DNA from: a virus
Reading direction: 5' to 3' (one strand)
DNA: 64,000 bases
IMG/VR virus record: IMGVR_UViG_3300023174_000117
Span: 1 to 64,000 of that record
A model generated the notes under the pieces. It worked only from the letters and a program-made list of their open reading frames with translations, did not search any database and was not told where the DNA came from. Position numbers and translations under genes: made by a program. Positions 56,859-64,000 of this stretch are shown piece after piece. Each line of letters starts with the position of its first letter. Position 1 is the stretch's first letter.

Positions 56859-58394
56859 CTATGCCGTTGGAGCGGGCGCTGGTGTTGCTGGCTGGCCTGA
56901 AACTGGCGCTGTAGCTGCCGCCGAGGGTGCTGCCGGTGTCTCGACCGCCTCAGCCCCTTCGGCGCCTTCCTGAGCCTCTTCAGGCTCGGTTTCGGATGGC
57001 TTGCCTCCAGAGGCCAACTCCATAATTGCACGATTATTAGATAACATACCAAGCATCTTGGTTACTCTAACTAGTGCATAAGAGTAAGAATCGATGAGCT
57101 TACTCTGAGCTTCTGATAGCTCAGGGAACATTGATGCGATACCTATCTTATCTAACATAATATCGAATTCCGCCAAGAATCTGATTACCCTTCGATCGGA
57201 TAACATTCCTGCTATTTGCTCTAGCTTTTTGGAAGCATCATCTATGTTTACCGATGTTCCAAGAACTTTATCATATTCATTTGGCATAGGTCCCGGAAGT
57301 GGAGCAACCTCTTTTATCATTTCTTCGCCAACAGTTTCGTTCTGACGATCTTGACTTCTCTTTTCTGCAGCGATTTGCTCTGGAGTTTTTTCTGGTGATT
57401 CATCTGTAGCGACCGGAGCAGCAACTGGCTCTGTAGGAGCTGATGTCGGAGCGGTAACGACTTCTGGGGAGGCTGTCTCTTGAGCAAACTTTTTAAGTAT
57501 ATTTGCGCCATCGGAAAAACCTATCTTCTGGAGCTGATTTGCGGCACCAAAAGACAAGTCTGATGCAGTAGAGTGCAACCTTACTTTGCCAATTTGAACG
57601 TCAAGCTTATGTAGAATCTCTGAAATTTGCTCATATTTATCGGGATCGACAAAATCCTCGCTTTCCTTGAGAATCTTATCCATTCTTCTCCAGGCTGTGT
57701 TGAACTTTTTCTTCCAGGTCTTATAGGAGGTCTTCATCTCAGCCTTATCCCTGGCGTCGTTCACAGAATTCTCAAAGCTATGCGCAGAGCTTAAGGCTGT
57801 ACCATAATCGCGATCACCGCTATAAGAATCAGTTCCATTCATTGGTAAATAGAAGGATGCTTGCTTTTTCATATTTTCAGTCCCATTCTCATTGCTATAT
57901 TTTTTATTATTACCATCATTATAATATTTTACCCATCTTTTAAACTTCATTCTTTCTTCGGGATCTTTTATTTTCAATGATGTTTTTTCTAAAGACTCTG
58001 GATAAGAATATTTTCCCTCATAAAAATTTGAATAAATTTCCTTTACCAATTCAGACCAAGCCATTAGATCATATTGGTTTTGATATATCTCAAAAATTCT
58101 CTGTCCAGATGTGTTGGGATAAGCACTCTTGACCATGTTTTTTTCTGCAGAATCTACTCTAGAATGATAAAGCTGAGAAAATACTAGATGATAATAGTCT
58201 GCAATGGTTTTGTAATCTTCGGAATTCCCTCTATTATCCCAACTCTTCTTTACAATAGATTGATCTTTAATGCCGAGAAGATCTGCGGCAAGTTTTATTT
58301 TTGCAAAAAAAGAGTGGTCTTTTTCGCTCTTAATTTCATATGAATCCAGATTCAAGATTTCTTGATCTAAAAATTTATTAAAATTATCATTCAT
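56859..58394 (-). CDS. Hypothetical head-associated protein
   Basis: 511 aa with multiple K-x-A motifs and Pro/Ala-rich linkers. Confidence 0.6.
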   Translation of the reverse strand: MNDNFNKFLDQEILNLDSYEIKSEKDHSFFAKIKLAADLLGIKDQSIVKKSWDNRGNSEDYKTIADYYHLVFSQLYHSRVDSAEKNMVKSAYPNTSGQRIFEIYQNQYDLMAWSELVKEIYSNFYEGKYSYPESLEKTSLKIKDPEERMKFKRWVKYYNDGNNKKYSNENGTENMKKQASFYLPMNGTDSYSGDRDYGTALSSAHSFENSVNDARDKAEMKTSYKTWKKKFNTAWRRMDKILKESEDFVDPDKYEQISEILHKLDVQIGKVRLHSTASDLSFGAANQLQKIGFSDGANILKKFAQETASPEVVTAPTSAPTEPVAAPVATDESPEKTPEQIAAEKRSQDRQNETVGEEMIKEVAPLPGPMPNEYDKVLGTSVNIDDASKKLEQIAGMLSDRRVIRFLAEFDIMLDKIGIASMFPELSEAQSKLIDSYSYALVRVTKMLGMLSNNRAIMELASGGKPSETEPEEAQEGAEGAEAVETPAAPSAAATAPVSGQPATPAPAPTA

Positions 58395-58623
58395 CTTTAG
58401 TTACTTTTATTTTTTCCTTCAAAGAGTCTAGCTTATGTAAAAAATCTGCAACATGTTCTTTTCTATGATCTGTAATATTTGTTTTTCTTATTTGCTCTGA
58501 TATATTATCTATGAGCAAATTTAATATATGAGAAGGGCATTCAGCTTTTATATTGGTATTATCTTTAATCCAATTTTTAAAAGCAAAAACAGTATCTGTA
58601 TCCTTTGCGCTTATCTTTGCCAT
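58387..58623 (-). CDS. Hypothetical protein
   Basis: 78 aa, translationally coupled to both neighbours. Confidence 0.5.
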   Translation of the reverse strand: MAKISAKDTDTVFAFKNWIKDNTNIKAECPSHILNLLIDNISEQIRKTNITDHRKEHVADFLHKLDSLKEKIKVTKDE

Positions 58624-59321
58624 TAAATATTCTCGCTGCTAACATCTATCAAATAATTATTATATTCTGGCGAATCATAATTTAATTGCTGCATTCTTTT
58701 GTTCAATTTTTCCATAAATACTAAAATTAGTGATGGTTCCATCTCCCTAATGAGATCAAGCATTACCTCTTTGAGTATCTTTACCTGCGAATCTACAACT
58801 TGAACGCTAATATTATGCTCAATCTTTGTATCTGCAACACCCTCAACATATTTCTTCCAATCCTGCATTATAGCTCTCATGGCATTTAAATATTCAAGAA
58901 AAACCTTATCATGCTTGGTGCTCCCGCCAGCCATTATTGTGTTGTAATAAAATTCAAGCCTTGATGAGATTAGCTTTTCCATTTCAAGAAGTTTTCTGGA
59001 AACATCTATTTCATTGGAAACAATTTCATCTAACTTCTTCTGATATTCGGAAGAATTAACGACAGCAAGACGAGCCTCATGAGAGGCCGTCTCTTCCTCA
59101 TTCATCTTTCTTCTATTTTTTATATCTTCGAGTAGGTCACCTTTTATGTCTAAATGCTTTGACCTAAAGGTTTGCAAGCTCATATAAGATATGTGATATC
59201 TCTTGTTTTTCGGATACTTTGATTTTAACCAGGCCTCGACATGTTTGACCGAATCACCATTTAGAAGTTTTTTTATAATTTCTTCTTTATCTGGATGTCT
59301 AGAGATCTTGTTCTCAAGCAT
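58623..59321 (-). CDS. Putative terminase small subunit (HTH plus coiled coil)
   Basis: N-terminal HTH-like region (HPDKEEIIKKLLNG.S...EAWL...ISYMSL) followed by a helical oligomerisation-like region. Upstream of terL. Confidence 0.35.
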   Translation of the reverse strand: MLENKISRHPDKEEIIKKLLNGDSVKHVEAWLKSKYPKNKRYHISYMSLQTFRSKHLDIKGDLLEDIKNRRKMNEEETASHEARLAVVNSSEYQKKLDEIVSNEIDVSRKLLEMEKLISSRLEFYYNTIMAGGSTKHDKVFLEYLNAMRAIMQDWKKYVEGVADTKIEHNISVQVVDSQVKILKEVMLDLIREMEPSLILVFMEKLNKRMQQLNYDSPEYNNYLIDVSSENI

Positions 59322-59332
59322 TACTTCTTCCC

Positions 59333-59365
59333 AAAAAAAATAGGAGGTTATTTACCTCCTATTTT
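59333..59365 (-). terminator. Intrinsic terminator
   Basis: AAAATAGGAGGT/ACCTCCTATTTT stem with T8. Confidence 0.75.
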
Positions 59366-59384
59366 ACTTTAACTTATGTTAATT

Positions 59385-59789
59385 TTAGTAACCAACTTTC
59401 GTTTGTAGTGAAACGCTCCCACCTGGAACTATGGAGCCGTCTTCTCTCTTGAATCCCTGAGAGTAATCATAAATTTTTCCGGTTATTGGATCTGCAACGA
59501 CGCCATCAGAAACTCTAATGGCACCTTGGCCGGGTCTGTCTGGGGAAGATCTTGTTGAGAGTGGTCCCATGGTCTCTGGTTTTTTGACATCGACCTTTGG
59601 CTGATTCTCTCCAGGGGTAGGATATTTCGAAGATTCTGGTGGTACTTGAAGCTCTTTCTTCTTGACAGCATCCTCTCTAGTACCATAATTGGTGACTACT
59701 GGATTTGGAGTCTGAAGAAAGCCGGATGGCTCTATCTGAGATTCTTTGTATATTCCGGCAATTTTTAAAAGCCTATTCTCTCTCTTCAT
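59385..59789 (-). CDS. Hypothetical protein
   Basis: 134 aa, AGGA RBS, LLKIAG motif near the N-terminus. Confidence 0.6.
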   Translation of the reverse strand: MKRENRLLKIAGIYKESQIEPSGFLQTPNPVVTNYGTREDAVKKKELQVPPESSKYPTPGENQPKVDVKKPETMGPLSTRSSPDRPGQGAIRVSDGVVADPITGKIYDYSQGFKREDGSIVPGGSVSLQTKVGY

Positions 59790-59800
59790 TTTGAATCCTA

Positions 59801-61360
59801 TTAGTTAAAGAAAATTTTGCTTGTAGTGAAACCAACGCCATCTAGAGACTCTAGGTTTTCAGCCTTAGATCTGTGCTTTGGAACTGGCCTTCCATTCTTA
59901 TCGAAGTCTATCTTGCTTAAAGGTAGGCCGAGCTTGGGACAGAAAAGTTCGATAGAGTTTGCTGTTTTTATTAAGTCCCCTCTCTTTAGCGCTTCTTTTA
60001 CAAGAGAGTCGTCAGAAGTTTTTGATGCATTCTTGATTAAAGATTGGAAGTCATTTAGCGCAATCTTGAATCTCTCTGGTCCAAACTTGTCGCTAATGAT
60101 GGTTAAGGCATCCTCTGCAAGCTTATAATCAGAAATTGCTACTGCTGCAGTTATTTTGTCGAATAGCTGAGAGTAGGAAAGCTTGTTTAGCTCGTCAGAA
60201 TCTCTGAAGAATGGAGCGCTCTTTTCAGAGATAACGCCCGCTTCCTTTGTGAAGCTCTGAAATCCAGAGTGAGAGAAATCGTAAGACTTCTTGTTGAGGG
60301 TGTAGAACTTAGATGGAAGATTTACTAGGTCACCAGAGACTTCGACTGGAACTACAACGTCCTCATATCCTGAGGTGGTTGGTATTCTGGCCGCAAAAGC
60401 AAGTCTGTTCTTCTCAGATGAGGCAAGCTTAATCTGTGGATTAAAGGCCCCTATTAAGGTTAGTTCGGAGAAAACTACTCTAGAGGCTTTCTTCACTAAG
60501 TGCTCTGGAAGTCCGGATGCAGATGCTGTCAAAACCTCTTCGACATCAATCATATCTTTTAGTGCAGATGGAGTTACAGGAACATAGTCAGTTACACGGT
60601 ATGATGCTCTCTGCTCCTCAAAATCACTTCTTGCGGAAGCCTTCTTATTCAGGGACTGTGACTTAAGCTCAACAAGTAGGGCTTCTTTTGTGATCGGCTC
60701 TAGGGAGTCTCCGGAAATAAAAGCCTTTGGTGGTGTAACTACGCCATTTGAAATCTGAACTGGAATTTTAACAGAAGATGTTGTAAAATCAGAATTCTTA
60801 TAGGAAGCGCTGCAAAGAATGAAGTGCTCATTTCCACCAACGATATCAATTGAAGCTGGAGGAAGGTTTGCGGACGATAGCTCAATTGAGGTTAGCTTTT
60901 CTGCTTTTTTGATGAGATTCTTATCATAGGTTCCAAAGGATTTGTTGGCACCGAGTGAGAATATTCTGGAGAAAGCGTTTACTGTATCGCTATCCTCAGA
61001 GAGTGAAACTGGGGCGGCTTCATCAGAAGCTCTCTTGGAGTGATAGGTTTTGTCAGATGGCTTGACGGAGGCGAATCCTTCAGGAAGGAGATCGTTTAAC
61101 TCATATCTAAAAGCAGAATTGCCGTTAGAAAAACCATACATCTTGTTATAAAGATCTGCTATCTCTTTCTGTGAAATTACGGGCTGCTTGCTGGCAACCT
61201 TAGTTAGGACATCCCTCATGTTTCCAATAAGCTGATCAGAAGGATTGCTCTGAGAAGATACTTCTAGTCTGTTGATTACATAGGATGTTGGAAATTTCTT
61301 TCCATTATCCATTTTATCTAGAGCACTCTTTGCTGTTTTTATTAATTTAGATAATGACAT
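59801..61360 (-). CDS. Hypothetical head-associated protein with internal domain duplication
   Basis: 519 aa. Two similar segments (VKIPVQISNG...P.AF and VVVPVEVSGD...PSKF). About 10 K-x-A motifs. Confidence 0.65.
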   Translation of the reverse strand: MSLSKLIKTAKSALDKMDNGKKFPTSYVINRLEVSSQSNPSDQLIGNMRDVLTKVASKQPVISQKEIADLYNKMYGFSNGNSAFRYELNDLLPEGFASVKPSDKTYHSKRASDEAAPVSLSEDSDTVNAFSRIFSLGANKSFGTYDKNLIKKAEKLTSIELSSANLPPASIDIVGGNEHFILCSASYKNSDFTTSSVKIPVQISNGVVTPPKAFISGDSLEPITKEALLVELKSQSLNKKASARSDFEEQRASYRVTDYVPVTPSALKDMIDVEEVLTASASGLPEHLVKKASRVVFSELTLIGAFNPQIKLASSEKNRLAFAARIPTTSGYEDVVVPVEVSGDLVNLPSKFYTLNKKSYDFSHSGFQSFTKEAGVISEKSAPFFRDSDELNKLSYSQLFDKITAAVAISDYKLAEDALTIISDKFGPERFKIALNDFQSLIKNASKTSDDSLVKEALKRGDLIKTANSIELFCPKLGLPLSKIDFDKNGRPVPKHRSKAENLESLDGVGFTTSKIFFN

Positions 61361-61367
61361 TTTTCAC

Positions 61368-61856
61368 CTAGATATATTTTTTTAATTCTGGAAATGTATT
61401 GATGAGGGATTCTTTCTTTGTAACTGGCTGCTCAGAAAGCAATTCTTTAACGAACTTTTCGTCAGAACCGGCTTTATCTAAAATAGCGGACTTAAAAATA
61501 GAAATATCCTCTCCGGAGAAACCAAAGTCTTCAGAAGAGAATCTATGTATTGGGATATTTTTATAGGCAAGTGTTACATTACAATTGTCATAATCTGATG
61601 CTACAACCCAATCTCCAGAAGTTTTATAATCAAATTTTGGATCCGAGGCTCTAACCAAAAATTTCTTTCCATCAACTTCAGATAAGGTCCAGAGACCGTC
61701 ATAAGGATTATATGGGCTGTTGGTGATCCTCACCATACCAAAAGCAACCTTCTCAAAACCAATGTCATCAGTTACCTCAACGATTGTTTTATCGTTGAGA
61801 TCCCTGGATTGTTTTTGTAATAATTTTATTAAAATATTGTCAAGATTGCTTGACAT
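61368..61856 (-). CDS. Hypothetical protein (first gene of putative late block)
   Basis: 162 aa, AGGAG RBS, CTATTAATA upstream (61887-95). Confidence 0.65.
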   Translation of the reverse strand: MSSNLDNILIKLLQKQSRDLNDKTIVEVTDDIGFEKVAFGMVRITNSPYNPYDGLWTLSEVDGKKFLVRASDPKFDYKTSGDWVVASDYDNCNVTLAYKNIPIHRFSSEDFGFSGEDISIFKSAILDKAGSDEKFVKELLSEQPVTKKESLINTFPELKKYI

Positions 61857-61949
61857 AAACTTCTCCTAGGTAAACAAAAATCTATTTATTAATAGAACTA
61901 ATATCTATTGCCTGGTTATAAATAGATTTGAGAATTAATGTCATTATAT

Positions 61950-62387
61950 TTATATAGTTTTCTCTTTTATTTTATCCATTTCTTCCAGAAGAATCTGTAT
62001 TTTGGGGTTTGTCTTGCAAATCTTTTTTAATTTTTTAAAGATTCCACCATATCTTTTTTTATCATTCCTATAATCAAGATTCCCTCTAAGAGCCTTATGA
62101 ACTGCGGACTGAGTGATGCCAAGAGACTCTGCGATTTGATTTTGTGTTTTTCCAACCAGAACCATATAGAGAATTTTTCTTTGGTGCTCAGTTAAAAAAT
62201 CACCGTTTATGATTTCATAAACCTGCTCTAGGAGCTCAGACCTTAAGTCTACCAAATCTTCTGATAATGAATTTTCAGCCAATACTCCGGCTATACCTTT
62301 ATCTTCTGAAAAATTATTTAACTTAGACTGATCAAAAGAAATCTCAACAATTCTATGTTGATAATTCTTGCTTTTATTTTTTTTCAT
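61950..62387 (-). CDS. Sigma70 region-4 / LuxR-like HTH protein
   Basis: LTEHQRKIL....GKTQNQIAESLGITQSAVHK. Start at a TAATG overlap with the primase gene. Confidence 0.7.
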   Translation of the reverse strand: MKKNKSKNYQHRIVEISFDQSKLNNFSEDKGIAGVLAENSLSEDLVDLRSELLEQVYEIINGDFLTEHQRKILYMVLVGKTQNQIAESLGITQSAVHKALRGNLDYRNDKKRYGGIFKKLKKICKTNPKIQILLEEMDKIKEKTI

Positions 62388-63151
62388 TACCACTCCAAGG
62401 GAAGAATTTGGTTTACTTCATTAAAAAAATCCTCTTTTGCTTTTCCAGAATTTAAAAAATATTCCCCTGCATCTTTATAACCTGACGGCAAACTCAGAAA
62501 CCTAAGTTTCGCACCCTTGCTTATAAATTTGTTATAAATTTGAGAAGATGATTTTTTTCCACCATCATCCATATCTAGAAAAAATGTAATCTTATCGGTA
62601 TATCTTGACAACTTGATGAAGTGATTCTTTGAAAACGCAGTTCCACACACAGCCACTGTGTTGGTTATACCGGAATCAAACATACTCATTTGATCAAAAT
62701 AACCCTCAACAACAAAAACATTTTGATTTAGTAGAATTTCCCTTCTGGAGAGTCCCAAACCAAATAAATAATTTGTTTTTTTAAACTTGCTATTTTTGTA
62801 CTTCGGAATGTCGAGAATTGTCCTTTCTCTCTCAGACAACATGGTTCTTCCGGCCAAACCTACCGGGTTCCCATACTCATCACGAATAGGAAAGATGATG
62901 GAATAATAATCGGAAAAATCACTCGTTCCGTCATAGTTCATCATTCCAATTTTTTTCAGAAAATCTTCTGATACATGCTTACATAAGGTTTTTATATTTT
63001 TTGGAAAAAAACCTAACTGATATGTTTTAAAGATGTCGGTAGAGATCTTCCTCTCATCAAAGAGATAATCTTTACCTACCTTTGTTTTCTTTAAATTTTG
63101 ATGACAAATATCGATTAATTTATTTAGTTCCGAAAAATCATTCTGAGTCAT
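62387..63151 (-). CDS. dnaG: DNA primase, DnaG-type catalytic (TOPRIM) core
   Basis: IIFPIRD..G...G..GR, PKYKNS, VVEGYFD, AVCGTA and LDMDDGG motifs. No N-terminal CHC2 Zn domain. Confidence 0.9.
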   Translation of the reverse strand: MTQNDFSELNKLIDICHQNLKKTKVGKDYLFDERKISTDIFKTYQLGFFPKNIKTLCKHVSEDFLKKIGMMNYDGTSDFSDYYSIIFPIRDEYGNPVGLAGRTMLSERERTILDIPKYKNSKFKKTNYLFGLGLSRREILLNQNVFVVEGYFDQMSMFDSGITNTVAVCGTAFSKNHFIKLSRYTDKITFFLDMDDGGKKSSSQIYNKFISKGAKLRFLSLPSGYKDAGEYFLNSGKAKEDFFNEVNQILPLEW

Positions 63152-63503
63152 CTTCTTTCTCTATTGCCAAGACATTTGGTTTTATTTTTTCCATCGCATG
63201 AACCATCATCTCACTAACCTGAATTGTACAATTCTTGGTCTGACAGTCCTTGCCATATGGAACACCATTAATTACGGTGGTTTCAACCCTATTGTTGCAA
63301 TTAGAGCAATTAAAAGTAAATGCTTTGTTCTTTGTCTTCATGAATATATCTTTGTTTCTTCGCATGGAAGATTTTGTATATTCCGAAACATTAACTATCT
63401 CTTCGTCACATTTTCTACAGATTACCTGATTTGAGTCCAGATCGAGCGAACCTTCCGTCATACCATCTGATTTCTTACATCTGTTGTTACAATTTAAAAG
63501 CAT
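63138..63503 (-). CDS. Cys-rich Zn-finger protein
   Basis: 121 aa with 8 Cys in pairs (CNNRC, CRKC, CSNC, C..C). Confidence 0.6.
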   Translation of the reverse strand: MLLNCNNRCKKSDGMTEGSLDLDSNQVICRKCDEEIVNVSEYTKSSMRRNKDIFMKTKNKAFTFNCSNCNNRVETTVINGVPYGKDCQTKNCTIQVSEMMVHAMEKIKPNVLAIEKEDDSE

Positions 63504-63506
63504 ATG

Positions 63507-64000
63507 TTACTCCGAATCTTCGAGTGCGGATGAATCCGACGCAGAATCTTCATCATCATGAACTGATGCAACTGGACCCTCTCCGGAGAGATATTTTTCT
63601 CTACATGCTTCTTCAAGCTGGATTAACTTTGTATTATCATCCAGATAGTCAAGAATAGCTTGCTTTCCATTAAATTTTTCTTGCCCAAGAACATAGGTTT
63701 TGTTATTTGGCCTATCAACGAGTCCCATCAGGATTGCTAGATTTAGAACTTCTTCATTTCTATTTACAATACCTTTTGTATATTTGATTGTATAGATAGC
63801 CTCTCTATATGGTGCTCCCACTTTATTCTTCTGAATCTTTGCTTTGACCTTATGACCGACTATCTCTTCATTTTCATCTTCGACCCGGTTGTCCGCACCT
63901 CCCATGGGAGCCATGTTAATCATAACACTGCAGGCATGTTTAAGTGCCTTTCCTCCTGGCGAATCCTCGGGATTCCCATACATAACTCCTGGATTTACTC
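63507..64000 (-). CDS. recA: RecA/UvsX-like recombinase, C-terminal part (5' end outside window)
   Basis: GVMYGNPEDSPGGKALKH and KIQKNKVGAP motifs. The frame is open to the window edge. Confidence 0.9.
   Translation of the reverse strand, partial: VNPGVMYGNPEDSPGGKALKHACSVMINMAPMGGADNRVEDENEEIVGHKVKAKIQKNKVGAPYREAIYTIKYTKGIVNRNEEVLNLAILMGLVDRPNNKTYVLGQEKFNGKQAILDYLDDNTKLIQLEEACREKYLSGEGPVASVHDDEDSASDSSALEDSE

Noticed and set aside
56859-57872. Second nested start at MKKQASF in the 511-aa ORF
   Set aside because: The composition shift is suggestive, but there is no convincing SD or promoter motif.
1140-63658. Numerous short ORFs (about 60-135 aa) overlapping major genes on the opposite strand or in alternate frames
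   Set aside because: They lie mostly or entirely within well-supported genes and have no RBS or recognisable motif, so they are treated as spurious.
1-64000. Stop-codon reassignment, as seen in some jumbo phages
   Set aside because: Genes are full length in the standard code, and TAA, TAG and TGA all end genes at sensible boundaries.
1-64000. tRNA/rRNA genes, integrase, transposase, reverse transcriptase or DGR
   Set aside because: None recognised by eye. Intergenic gaps are short and AT-rich. A tRNAscan/Infernal run would be needed to exclude RNA genes formally.

Overview
This window is the virion-morphogenesis region of a large (probably jumbo) contractile-tailed dsDNA phage. It is AT-rich, uses the standard genetic code and is almost entirely on the minus strand. 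Read in transcription order (high to low coordinates) it has: recA (partial), a Zn-finger protein, a DnaG-type primase core and a sigma-region-4-like HTH protein; a block of unknown head-associated genes that includes a CCA-adding/poly(A) polymerase-family enzyme; terminase large subunit with a 358-aa intein; portal; prohead protease fused to a scaffold; two capsid-cement paralogs; HK97-type major capsid protein; a 918-aa Ser/Thr-rich repeat fibre; an inverted pair of DUF2827-like GT-B glycosyltransferases; neck proteins; two paralogous fibre/tailspike proteins; tail terminator; oversized sheath; tube; frameshifted chaperone pair; tape measure; hub; and spike. Main leads: (1) a candidate phage-encoded virion O-glycosylation system (GT pair plus Ser/Thr fibre with a structured 5' leader); (2) a herpesvirus-like head maturation scheme (nested in-frame scaffold plus a pervasive K-x-A putative cleavage motif across about 14 proteins); (3) a -1 frameshift with a stimulatory hairpin; (4) a recurrent TRYTAATA late-promoter-like motif; (5) an intein endonuclease that has lost both catalytic Asp residues. 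All family calls come from motif recognition by eye, not from database searches.
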